The notes under the pieces are model-generated. The model had not been told where the DNA came from and did not search any database. It saw nothing but the letters and a program-made list of their open reading frames with translations. The position numbers and the translations under genes were made by a program. A stretch of DNA of 64,000 bases from Myxococcales bacterium (lineage in GTDB: Bacteria > Myxococcota_A > UBA9042): assembly GCA_023954815.1 (NCBI GenBank), contig JAGSHB010000012.1, positions 982 to 64,981 of the forward strand, given 5' to 3'. Positions 9,559-18,561 of this stretch are shown here, piece after piece (the first letter of the stretch is position 1; each line of letters begins with the position of its first letter).

Positions 9559-10887
9559 ATGCGCGAGATGTCGATCCTTGCTGCCACCCTGACAGTCATG
9601 CTGCTGTGCGGATGCGGCGGCCAGCAATATGTGACGTCCAGTGGCTGGATGAAGCAGAGCCAGCGCCGGAGCGGATCGGCCAGCGCCCAGCACTCGCGAG
9701 TCGTTCAGTCACTGAAGAAGCAGGCGGGCCGGCGCGGCGGGCACACACGCAGCTACTTTTCACGGGTGGAAACAGCGAGCGTGGACACGTCCGCCCAGCC
9801 AGTCCAGGCCACCAGCGCTCGTCCCGCTCCCAAACGTCCGACTTCCAAACGTCCCCCAAGCAAGCGGCGCAAAGCACGGCGACAGACGACACGGAAGGCC
9901 CCACCCCAGGTGTCCGCCCCCAAGCGCAAAGCACGGGCCTATCGGGTCGCGGCCAAAGAGGAGCAACGGACCCAACAGGTGGTCTATCTTGGCTACCTTC
10001 AACTGCGCGTTCGCCAGCGCATCAAGACTCTCGACGCGGTCACGAAGCTGGTTGAAGAGGCGAACGGCTACATCGAACGCGTCGGTCAGCGTACGGTGGT
10101 AGTTCGTATTCCCGCCAGCGATTTTGACGCTACGATGCGACGGTTTGAGGCGCTCGGCCGCGTGACAGCCCGGCGCATCCAAGCGCTCGATGTCAGCGCG
10201 CAATTCACCGATCTGGACGCGCGCCTCGCCGTGGCGGGTGAGTCTCAACGACGGTTGCTGGCGTTGCTGGCGCAAGAGCAAGACGTCAACGAGCGGCTGC
10301 GGATCGTCAAAGAGATCAAACGCCTGTCCGAGCAGATCGAGTCCATCGAATCCACTCTCGGCACGCTGAGAAATCTGGTCGCTTACTACACCATTACCCT
10401 CGATATCATCGGCACCGCACAGCACCGTCGCAGCGCCGATCACCGGTCGCCCTTTCCGTGGGTGCGCTCTCTCGTGGATCATCGCATCGTGCATGAGGCC
10501 GGCAAAGACACCCTGAGTCTGTCGGTCGCCAAAGGATTTGTGCGCTTCGAAACCGCCGACAGTTGGCACGCACGGGCCGCCGACACAGCAATCGTGCGCG
10601 CCGCGGTGCTGCCCAATGAGCCAGACGGGTCAACCACATTTTGGCATGCAGCGGTGGCCCATGAACTGAGCGGTCGCAGCGATGTCGCACACGAACAAGG
10701 CCAAAGCGGCGGCGTCATCTGGACGGCGTGGCGCAACCGGGACGTGGAGCCGCGCATCTGGCTGATTGGACTCAAAGTGGTCCGGGGTCAAATCGCCTTG
10801 GTAGAGGCATTCTTCCCGACCGTCGCCAGCTGGAAACGCCATCGGGCCGCGGTGATTGGGACATTGTCTAGCTTGGAGGTGCGCTGA
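9559..10887 (+). CDS. DUF4349-type lipoprotein with an extra C-terminal domain
   Basis: Lipobox LLCGC; basic low-complexity linker; VRIP...DVSAQFTDLDARL...coiled coil...VAYYTITL pattern. Confidence 0.75.
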   Translation: MREMSILAATLTVMLLCGCGGQQYVTSSGWMKQSQRRSGSASAQHSRVVQSLKKQAGRRGGHTRSYFSRVETASVDTSAQPVQATSARPAPKRPTSKRPPSKRRKARRQTTRKAPPQVSAPKRKARAYRVAAKEEQRTQQVVYLGYLQLRVRQRIKTLDAVTKLVEEANGYIERVGQRTVVVRIPASDFDATMRRFEALGRVTARRIQALDVSAQFTDLDARLAVAGESQRRLLALLAQEQDVNERLRIVKEIKRLSEQIESIESTLGTLRNLVAYYTITLDIIGTAQHRRSADHRSPFPWVRSLVDHRIVHEAGKDTLSLSVAKGFVRFETADSWHARAADTAIVRAAVLPNEPDGSTTFWHAAVAHELSGRSDVAHEQGQSGGVIWTAWRNRDVEPRIWLIGLKVVRGQIALVEAFFPTVASWKRHRAAVIGTLSSLEVR

Positions 10888-11591
10888 TGAACGTCCATCT
10901 TCGCTGGAACCTCCCCCCCGTCGCCGTCCTCAGTCTGCTCGTTCCCGGCTTGCTCGTTGTGCTCGCTTGCCCCGTGGAAGCTGGGCCTCCGACGACGTCT
11001 CCGCCTCTGCACAAAACGGCTAAATCGCCGAAGAACCAATCTAAAAGCCAATCGCAACGACAAGCTCGCCACACCGCGCTGAGTGCGTCTCTGGTCATCA
11101 AGGTGGCCGATCCGGCGAAGGTTCGACGCCGCATCCTCAAGCTCATCAAGAAAAGTGGTGGCCACCCCGCCCTGATGACCGACAGTCAACTCAACCTCAA
11201 GGTGCCGCCGAAGCAGCTCAGCGCAACACTGGCGGTGCTGGGCAAGGCAGGCCATGTGCTCGACAAGAAGATGAGCCGCGCTGACATGACCGAACAGATC
11301 GCTCGGTTGCGGGGTCGTCTTCGGAGCAAGACCGCGCTGCTGGCGCGATTGCGCGGTTTCTTGGACGACTCTGGGGTCGGCGCGACACTGAAGATCGAGC
11401 GGACCATGCAACAACTGGTTCGAGAGATAGAAGGGCTGAAAGGGCGGCTTCGCCTCGCGGTCAGCCGCAGCACCATGGCCGACGTGCGCATTCGTTTTCA
11501 GTACCGCAACCCCACGCAGCTGCGCTACGTACGCTCGCCGTTCGGGTGGATTAACTCGGTGGACGTTCACCGCTTCTTGCGGGAGTTCTGA
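10887..11591 (+). CDS. DUF4349-type exported protein
   Basis: Signal peptide; LKVP...DMTEQIARLRGRL...EIEGLKGRL pattern; TGATG overlap with the upstream gene. Confidence 0.75.
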   Translation: MNVHLRWNLPPVAVLSLLVPGLLVVLACPVEAGPPTTSPPLHKTAKSPKNQSKSQSQRQARHTALSASLVIKVADPAKVRRRILKLIKKSGGHPALMTDSQLNLKVPPKQLSATLAVLGKAGHVLDKKMSRADMTEQIARLRGRLRSKTALLARLRGFLDDSGVGATLKIERTMQQLVREIEGLKGRLRLAVSRSTMADVRIRFQYRNPTQLRYVRSPFGWINSVDVHRFLREF

Positions 11592-11592
11592 G

Positions 11593-12045
11593 ATGAACAA
11601 AGCCCTCTTGGCGGCCCTATTGGTCGTCCTGCCGCTCGCTTGCTCGCCGGTCTACCAGCTTAAAGCTCCGGCGGCGTTCGCTCGCTTCACCACAGGCGAT
11701 ACCAATCGCTGGATCACCGCCGATGGCGTGCGGATGCGGGTGCGCGAGGTCGACAACGACCCCAAAGCCAAGCTGCCTTTTTGGAAAGAAGCCCTCGGCG
11801 GCCACCTCAAGAAGCGAGGCTACAAACCCAAAGGCAGTCAGGACTTCCAAACGGCGTCACAGCTACCGGCCAGCACGCTCACCTTCCTCCTGCCCCGCGG
11901 CAATGGCGACTGGGTCATGAGCGTCACCCTACTGGTCGCTGGCGATCGCATCATCGTCGTAGAAGTGGTGGGCCTGTGGCAGCGATGGAAGCCCCACGAG
12001 GCGGCCCTTCATCAAGCAATCGTCGCGTTTTCACCGAGCGAATAG
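11593..12045 (+). CDS. Hypothetical lipoprotein
   Basis: Lipobox PLAC; starts 1 nt after the upstream stop; resembles the C-terminal domain of 9559..10887. Confidence 0.75.
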   Translation: MNKALLAALLVVLPLACSPVYQLKAPAAFARFTTGDTNRWITADGVRMRVREVDNDPKAKLPFWKEALGGHLKKRGYKPKGSQDFQTASQLPASTLTFLLPRGNGDWVMSVTLLVAGDRIIVVEVVGLWQRWKPHEAALHQAIVAFSPSE

Positions 12046-12069
12046 CGCGATCCAACTTCCGGAGTTTTC

Positions 12070-14133
12070 ATGACCAACCCTCTGCTTCACCCCCTCCCTT
12101 TGCCAGATTTTGCCGCCGTCGAGGCTGCGCACGTCGCTCCGGCGATGGCGACTGTGCTCAATGAGGTGCGCACCGCGATGGCGTCATTGGAGGAGCGCGC
12201 CGCACTGGCCGAGAGTTGGGAACAGTTGGCGGCGCCGCTCGAAGCCCTCGTCGATCGCCTTCAGACCACCTGGGGCGTGGTGAATCACCTGCTCGGCGTG
12301 CGTAATACCGACGCGCTGCGCACGGCCCACGCGGCGCTGCAGCCAGAAGTTGTTCAGGTGTCCATGGGCATCGCCCAAAGCCTACCGCTGTACGACGCGT
12401 GTGTTCGGCTGCGGAAAGAGGCGACGGATCCGGTCGAGCAACGCCTTCTCGACTGCCATATCCGCGACGCGGCTCACGCGGGTGTAGCCCTGACGGGCGA
12501 GAAGAAGGAACGCTTCAACGCCATCGCGATGCGCCTCGCAGAGTTGTCGACCCAGTTTTCGAATCACGTGCTTGATGCGACCAAGGCCTGGTCGTTGACC
12601 CTGCGCGAACAAGCAGAAGTAGATGGCCTTCCGACGTCGCTGCGCGCGATGACGGCTCAAGCTGCGAGAGGCGCCGGAGAGGAAGACGCCTCCGCCGAGG
12701 CTGGCCCGTGGCGACTGACCCTCGATTTCCCGTGTTTCGGCCCCTTTCTCAAGCACAGCAAACGCCGAGACCTGAGGGAGAAGCTCTATCGCGCGTTCAT
12801 CTCACGAGCCTCCGAGGGACAAGGGGACAACGCGCCGCTGATCGCAGAAATCCTGCAACTGCGGCGCGAAAAGGCCCAAATTCTAGGCTTTGAGACGTTT
12901 GCCGAGCTGAGCCTTGGTTCAAAAATGGCTGCAAATGTGGCCGACGTTCGTGGGCTACTGGAGCAACTTCGCGGCAAGAGTATTGATGCGGCGACCGAAG
13001 ACCTGGCGGAGCTCAACGCCCTGGCGGCGTCCGAGGGTGCGCCGACTCCCTTGCGCCACTGGGACATTGCCTACTGGTCGGAGCGTCTGCGCGAGCAACG
13101 CTTCTCCATCGAAGAGGAGGCCCTACGCCCGTGGTTGCCCTTCCCGACGGTTCTCAATGGGCTGTTTGCCCTGGCGGGAGAGCTGTTTGACGTTCGTTTT
13201 GTCGACGCGACCGCCGAAGTCAGCCGTTGGCACGACGACGTACGTTATTACCGGGTGTTGAACGCCAGCAATGACGCTGAAATCGCTGGCTTCTACCTCG
13301 ACCCCTACTCCCGGCCGTCCGAAAAGCGCGGTGGTGCATGGATGGACGAATGTGTCGGTCGGAGCGCGCGTCTCGGCAGCGGCGGACGGGTGCGATTGCC
13401 CGTCGCCTACTTGGTCTGCAATGGCACGCCGCCAGTGGACGGCGCCCCGTCGCTCATGCGCTTCCGAGAGGTCGAGACCCTCTTTCACGAGTTCGGCCAT
13501 GGCCTGCAGCACATGCTGTCGACAGTCGATGATGGCTTGGCGAGTGGCATTCGCAACGTCGAGTGGGACGCAGTCGAGCTGCCCAGTCAATTCATGGAGA
13601 ACTGGTGCTATCACGGTGCGACCATGCGGAAATTCAGTGGCCACGTGGACTCTGGAGAGCCGATGCCAGACGAACTCTTCGCGAGTCTCGTCGCTGCGCG
13701 GAGCTTTCGTGCAGGTAGCGCCATGCTCAGGCAGCTCAACTTCGCCCTGACAGACCTCGCCCTGCACCACGAGCATGACCCATCCGGCGCAGAGACAGCG
13801 TTCGATGTGCAAGCCACCATCTCAGAGACCACATCTATCCTGGCGCCCCTCCCCGAAGACCGCTTCTTGTGCGCATTTGGTCACATTTTCGCGGGCGGCT
13901 ACGCAGCTGGCTACTACAGCTACAAGTGGGCAGAGGTCCTCAGCGCCGACGCATTCTCGGCATTTGAGGACGCCGGCTTGGATGACCCAGCAGCCGTGAG
14001 AGCGGTAGGCCAACGCTTCCGCGACACGGTGCTGTCCCTCGGAGGCTCCGTTCACCCGATGGACGTCTTTTCGTCCTTCCGTGGGCGCAACCCGACGACG
14101 GATGCTTTGTTGCGACACAACGGCTTGGCGTAG
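12070..14133 (+). CDS. prlC: Oligopeptidase A (M3A metallopeptidase)
   Basis: NPLL start, KRGGAWM, FHEFGHGLQH, VELPSQFMENW, HIFAGGYAAGYYSYKWAE. Confidence 0.96.
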   Translation: MTNPLLHPLPLPDFAAVEAAHVAPAMATVLNEVRTAMASLEERAALAESWEQLAAPLEALVDRLQTTWGVVNHLLGVRNTDALRTAHAALQPEVVQVSMGIAQSLPLYDACVRLRKEATDPVEQRLLDCHIRDAAHAGVALTGEKKERFNAIAMRLAELSTQFSNHVLDATKAWSLTLREQAEVDGLPTSLRAMTAQAARGAGEEDASAEAGPWRLTLDFPCFGPFLKHSKRRDLREKLYRAFISRASEGQGDNAPLIAEILQLRREKAQILGFETFAELSLGSKMAANVADVRGLLEQLRGKSIDAATEDLAELNALAASEGAPTPLRHWDIAYWSERLREQRFSIEEEALRPWLPFPTVLNGLFALAGELFDVRFVDATAEVSRWHDDVRYYRVLNASNDAEIAGFYLDPYSRPSEKRGGAWMDECVGRSARLGSGGRVRLPVAYLVCNGTPPVDGAPSLMRFREVETLFHEFGHGLQHMLSTVDDGLASGIRNVEWDAVELPSQFMENWCYHGATMRKFSGHVDSGEPMPDELFASLVAARSFRAGSAMLRQLNFALTDLALHHEHDPSGAETAFDVQATISETTSILAPLPEDRFLCAFGHIFAGGYAAGYYSYKWAEVLSADAFSAFEDAGLDDPAAVRAVGQRFRDTVLSLGGSVHPMDVFSSFRGRNPTTDALLRHNGLA

Positions 14134-14501
14134 GCGCCGTGGTGGCGGACAGCAGGCGTCAAAGACCTGTCAGGGCGTCGGAATGGCGACATTGTTCGGG
14201 CTAGTATTTCCCGACACTTAGATCAAGCGATCCATACTTCACGAATAATTACAAAAGATTCCGTCAGCCGCCCTCTTTCGGCTGGCGAATGTGATCAGGT
14301 TCAAGCCAGGAGAGGGGTCACTTCTTTGGGTGAGGCCGACGGCTCGCCAAACGTCGAGTCGCTCATGGCGAAACCCATCCTAACCCTTGTGTTTCACGTC
14401 ATTATCTGTCAACCAACCGCGCCGGCGGGCCGTCCGATCGTGATACTGAACGGTGCTCAATCCTCACACCCCGCTCGCCCCCCACAGCACGGGTGATTGC
14501 C

Positions 14502-14519
14502 TGTGGATACAGATCCACA
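14502..14519. promoter_or_regulatory. Inverted pair of DnaA-box-like sites
   Basis: TGTGGATAC-AGATCCACA; the halves differ by 1 and 2 nt from TTATCCACA or its complement; upstream of nrdAB. Confidence 0.45.
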
Positions 14520-14625
14520 ACCCTCCGAAAATAAGCATAGAACTCGGAGGCGAACGAGGGGTCATTTCAGCCAAACCAAAAGTCAGGATCTGGCCCGATC
14601 TCAAGGAGTTGGCGCTGAGGGGTCG

Positions 14626-14673
14626 ACACAACATCTTGTGTTGACACCCCCACCCTCGCCCCAATATCTGTTG
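14626..14673 (+). promoter_or_regulatory. Tandem NrdR-box-like sites flanking a TTGACA -35 element (nrdAB promoter)
   Basis: ACACAACATCTTGTG (14626-14640), TTGACA (14641-14646), weaker CCCCAATATCTGTTG (14659-14673). Confidence 0.7.
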
Positions 14674-14966
14674 TTCTTGTCGGTTATCACCAAAGGCGCC
14701 CACGGGTGTCTCGGTCCGCACAAATAGAAAGCCCAACTCTGGGCCGTAGGTTTGTGCGCGCTAAAATCGAGAACATGGATCGCTTGTCGGTCCCCCACAT
14801 GGAGTCGCCGACAACGTCATCGTGATTCGCCCTCGGCAACGAGGTCGATCCAAAGCAACCCTCTAGTGACCCGCCCTGAGGGGGCAAGCAACGGAATGCT
14901 TCGCGCAATTCCGTAACGGTCGCGCTCGCTCTACGGACAGCCGCACTGAGTGACAGTAGAACAACA
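14669..14966 (+). ncRNA. Putative structured cis-regulatory leader RNA of nrdAB (family unrecognised)
   Basis: About ten nested helices, including a 5'/3' closing stem TGTTGTTCT/AGAACAACA and a GCAA tetraloop hairpin; no credible ORF. Confidence 0.55.
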
Positions 14967-14971
14967 ACCTA

Positions 14972-17452
14972 ATGAGATCCCTTGAGATTCAGGAGCCTAG
15001 TTTATCGATGGAAGGCATGATCGCGATCCCCCAAGTCCCCGGAGCCGCTGGCGACATCATCAACAATGAAGGACAGGAGCTGCTCGCAGCCGCCAAGGCA
15101 GCGCCCCCCCTACGCAGCGTCAAAATCCGGTCAGCGGATGGCGACCTGTTGCTCCTCAAAGGTGAAGACCTCCTCAACCGCGTCGAGCAACTCTTTGACG
15201 GCCTCGAGTCGGTCAGCGCCGATCGCATCGTCCGCCAGACTCTTCGCGGCCTGTACGACGGTTGCCCCGAGAACGAAGTCGAGCAGCTACTCATTCGCAA
15301 TTCGGCCGCTTTGGTGCCGGAAGAGCCGGAATACAGCTTCGCCGCCGCGCGCATTTTGGACCAGGTCATCGTCGCCGAAGTGCTGCAGCAGAACATCATC
15401 ACCTTTGGCGATTGTATCCGCGTGGCCCACGAAAACGGGCTCATCGCCGACCACGTCGCCGCCTTTGTTGCGGGACACGCCGAAGAGTTGGACGCGACCT
15501 TGCGGCCCATGCGTGGGCGCCTCTTTGGCTACTTCGGCCTGCAGACGGTGTACGACCGCTACCTGCTCAAGCACCCGCAGACCCGCGCTGTCATCGAGAT
15601 GCCGCAGTACTTCTTCATGCGCGTCGCTTGTGGTCTCGCCCGCAATATCGGCGAAGCCATCGAGATGTACGACCTCATCAGTAAGCTGGACTACCTGCCC
15701 AGCTCGCCGACTCTGTTCAACTCGGGGACCCGGCACATGCAGATGTCGAGCTGCTACCTGCTCGACTCGCCAGCCGATGAGCTCGACGCCATCTACAGCC
15801 GCTACATGGACATCGCGCAGCTATCGAAGTTCTCCGGCGGCATCGGTGTCGCCTACCACCGGGTGCGCTCGCGCGGCTCGCTGATTCGCGGCACCAATGG
15901 CCACTCCAACGGCATCGTCCCGTGGCTGAAGACCCTCGATAGCTCCGTCGCGGCGGTCAATCAGGGCGGCCGTCGCAAGGGCGCTTGCTGCGTCTACTTG
16001 GAGACCTGGCACGCCGACATCGAGGAGTTCCTGGAGCTGCGTGAAAACACGGGCGACGAAGCGCGTCGTACCCACAACCTCAACCTGGCCAACTGGATCC
16101 CCGATCTGTTCATGAAGCGGGTCGAAGAAGGCGGTACGTGGTCGCTGTTTTCCCCGGACGCCGTGCCGACATTGACCGATCTGTGGGGCGAGCGCTTCGA
16201 GGCTGCCTACGAAGCCGCCGAGGCCGAAGGGTTGTTCGATCGTCAGGTGCCCGCGCGCGAGCTGTACGGCCGCATGATGCGTGCCTTGGCGCAGACCGGC
16301 CAGGGCTGGATGACCTTCAAGGACGCCTGCAATCGCACGGCGAACCAGACGGCCAACCCGGAGAACGTGGTCCACAGCTCGAATCTCTGCACCGAGATCA
16401 TCGAAGTGACCAACGACGGTGAAACGGCGGTCTGCAACCTCGGTTCGCTCAACTTGTCGCGCTTTGTGACAATGGATGGCGAACTCGACTACGAGCGTTT
16501 GGCCGATCGCGTCGCCGTCGCGGTGAAGTACCTCGATCGCGTCGTCGACATTAACTACTACCCCACGGATGCAGCGAAGAACTCCAACCTGCGTTGGCGC
16601 CCGGTCGGTCTCGGTGTCATGGGCCTGCAGGACGTGCTGTTCAAGCTGCGTCTGCCCTTCGATAGCAGCAAAGCCAAGGACATCTCGACCCGTCTGCAGG
16701 AAGAGGTCTACTACAACGCCCTGAGCACCTCGTGTGACCTGGCCGCGAAGTACGGCGCCCACACGTCGTTCTCGGAGACCCGTGCGGCTCGCGGCGAGTT
16801 GCAGTTCGATTCGTGGGGCATCACCCCCACCGATGAAGCCCGTTGGGACCTGCTCCGTCAGCGCATCGTGCGTCACGGCCTGCGCAACAGCCTGCTCATC
16901 GCCATCGCACCGACCGCAACCATCGCGTCCATCTCGGGCTGCTATGAGTGCATCGAGCCCATGGTCAGCAACCTGTTCAAGCGCGAGACGCTGTCGGGTG
17001 ACTTCCTCCAGATCAACACCTACCTCGTCGCTGATCTCAAGCGGATGGGGCTGTGGACGGATGAGGTTCGCGAGGCCATCAAGCGCGGCAACGGGTCGAT
17101 CCAGCACATCGAGGAGATCCCAGCGGAGGTGCGTCACCTGTACCGCACGGCCTGGGAGCTTTCGCAGAAGTACCTCATCGACATGGCTGCCGCGCGCGGA
17201 GCCTTCATCGACCAGAGTCAGTCCCTGAATCTGTTCATGGAGACGCCGACCATCGGCAAAGTCAGCTCGATGTACATGTACGCCTGGAAGCAGGGTCTGA
17301 AGACGACCTACTACCTGCGCTCGCGGCCGGCGACCCGCATCCGTCAGACCACCAGCGATCACAAGCTGCCTGGCGTCAAAAAGACCTATACGGCGGAAGA
17401 AGCGCTCGTTTGCAGCTTGGAAAATCCCGAGTACTGCGAAGCCTGCCAGTAG
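14972..17452 (+). CDS. nrdA: Ribonucleoside-diphosphate reductase class Ia, alpha subunit
   Basis: ATP-cone-like N-terminus, SPTLFNSG, MSSCYL, NQGGRRKG, SNLCTEI, VCNLGS, APTAT, KTTYYLR, C-terminal CEAC; true start may be 15008. Confidence 0.97.
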   Translation: MRSLEIQEPSLSMEGMIAIPQVPGAAGDIINNEGQELLAAAKAAPPLRSVKIRSADGDLLLLKGEDLLNRVEQLFDGLESVSADRIVRQTLRGLYDGCPENEVEQLLIRNSAALVPEEPEYSFAAARILDQVIVAEVLQQNIITFGDCIRVAHENGLIADHVAAFVAGHAEELDATLRPMRGRLFGYFGLQTVYDRYLLKHPQTRAVIEMPQYFFMRVACGLARNIGEAIEMYDLISKLDYLPSSPTLFNSGTRHMQMSSCYLLDSPADELDAIYSRYMDIAQLSKFSGGIGVAYHRVRSRGSLIRGTNGHSNGIVPWLKTLDSSVAAVNQGGRRKGACCVYLETWHADIEEFLELRENTGDEARRTHNLNLANWIPDLFMKRVEEGGTWSLFSPDAVPTLTDLWGERFEAAYEAAEAEGLFDRQVPARELYGRMMRALAQTGQGWMTFKDACNRTANQTANPENVVHSSNLCTEIIEVTNDGETAVCNLGSLNLSRFVTMDGELDYERLADRVAVAVKYLDRVVDINYYPTDAAKNSNLRWRPVGLGVMGLQDVLFKLRLPFDSSKAKDISTRLQEEVYYNALSTSCDLAAKYGAHTSFSETRAARGELQFDSWGITPTDEARWDLLRQRIVRHGLRNSLLIAIAPTATIASISGCYECIEPMVSNLFKRETLSGDFLQINTYLVADLKRMGLWTDEVREAIKRGNGSIQHIEEIPAEVRHLYRTAWELSQKYLIDMAAARGAFIDQSQSLNLFMETPTIGKVSSMYMYAWKQGLKTTYYLRSRPATRIRQTTSDHKLPGVKKTYTAEEALVCSLENPEYCEACQ

Positions 17453-17559
17453 CACCCCTGCGGCACCGCATTCCCTGGTGAGTGCGGTGCCGGTGCGTGC
17501 CCCTGCGGCATCCCGCCTATCGACCCAAACCCCACGTGACCCTCGAAGGAGCCCCGCTC

Positions 17560-18558
17560 ATGCTGCTCGATCCCGGATTTGATCTCACCCTGCGCCCGAT
17601 GAAGTACCCGGCGTTCTACGAGATGTACAAGAACGCCATCAAGAACACGTGGACCGTAGAAGAGGTCGACTTCTCGACGGACGTCATGGACATCCGGGAC
17701 AAGCTGCTGCCGTCTGAGCAGCACATGCTCAATCGCCTGGTGACGTTTTTCGCGACGGGAGACTCCATCGTCTCGAACAACCTCGTGCTCAACCTCTACC
17801 AGCACATCAACTCCCCCGAGGGGCGGATGTACCTGTCCCGGCAGCTGTATGAAGAGGCGTTGCACGTGCAGTTCTACCTGACGCTGCTCGACACCTACCT
17901 GCCCGACATCGAAGAGCGCGAGGCGGCGTTCGCGGCTGTACACAACATCCCCTCGGTGAAGAAGAAGGCCGACTTCTGCTTTAAGTGGATCGACAGCATC
18001 CACGAGCTGTCGGTGCTGCGGACCAAGGAGGATCGCAAAGAGTTCCTTTTGAACGTGATCTGCTTTGCAGCCTGCATCGAAGGCCTGTTCTTCTTCGGCG
18101 CGTTCGCCTACGTCTACTTCCTGCGGACCAAGGGCCTGCTCAACGGTCTGGCCGCCGGTACCAATTGGGTGTTCCGCGACGAGAGCTGCCACATGGGCTT
18201 TGCCTTTGAGGTTGTGCGAACGGTGCGCGAAGAGGAGCCGGACCTCTTCGATGTGGACCTGCAGCTGCGGATTCGCGAGATGATCCAAGAGGCCGTGGCT
18301 TGCGAGCTGCAGTTCGCAGAGGATTTGCTCGGTCAGGGCGTGCCTGGTCTGTCTTTGGTGGACATGCACACCTACCTGCAGTTCGTCGCCGATCAGCGTC
18401 TGGTCGATCTCGGCCTCAAGCCGCTCTACGGCGCCAAGAACCCCTTCCCCTTCATGGAGCAGCAGGACGTGCAGGAGTTGACCAACTTCTTCGAGCGTCG
18501 TGTGAGCGCTTACCAGGTCGGTGTGAGCGGTGAGGTCAGCTTCGACGAGGCATTCTAG
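17560..18558 (+). CDS. nrdB: Ribonucleotide reductase class I beta subunit
   Basis: W..EEVDF, FFATGD, EEALHVQFY (radical Tyr), IEGLFF, RDESCH, NFFERRVSAY; AAGGAG RBS. Confidence 0.96.
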   Translation: MLLDPGFDLTLRPMKYPAFYEMYKNAIKNTWTVEEVDFSTDVMDIRDKLLPSEQHMLNRLVTFFATGDSIVSNNLVLNLYQHINSPEGRMYLSRQLYEEALHVQFYLTLLDTYLPDIEEREAAFAAVHNIPSVKKKADFCFKWIDSIHELSVLRTKEDRKEFLLNVICFAACIEGLFFFGAFAYVYFLRTKGLLNGLAAGTNWVFRDESCHMGFAFEVVRTVREEEPDLFDVDLQLRIREMIQEAVACELQFAEDLLGQGVPGLSLVDMHTYLQFVADQRLVDLGLKPLYGAKNPFPFMEQQDVQELTNFFERRVSAYQVGVSGEVSFDEAF

Positions 18559-18561
18559 CCC

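Noticed and set aside
14200-14620. oriC upstream of nrdA
   Set aside because: Only two DnaA-like boxes and no clear unwinding element; better explained as nrdAB regulation
14453-14908. Short ORFs in the prlC-nrdA intergenic region
   Set aside because: No RBS-linked coding signature; they overlap the promoter boxes and the structured leader
14669-14966. Canonical cobalamin riboswitch, RNase P RNA, tmRNA or group I intron as the identity of the leader
   Set aside because: Hallmark sequences (AGGGAA/GCCACUG/B12 box; GAGGAAAGUCC; tRNA-like ends) were not seen on either strand, and nrdA appears uninterrupted; a covariance-model search is still needed
15821-17455. 544-aa antisense ORF over nrdA (similarly 2114..3229, 20060..21571, 40654..42258, 52036..53004, 37604..38704)
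   Set aside because: Shadow ORFs expected opposite high-GC3 genes; no recognisable motifs, while the other strand encodes clear families
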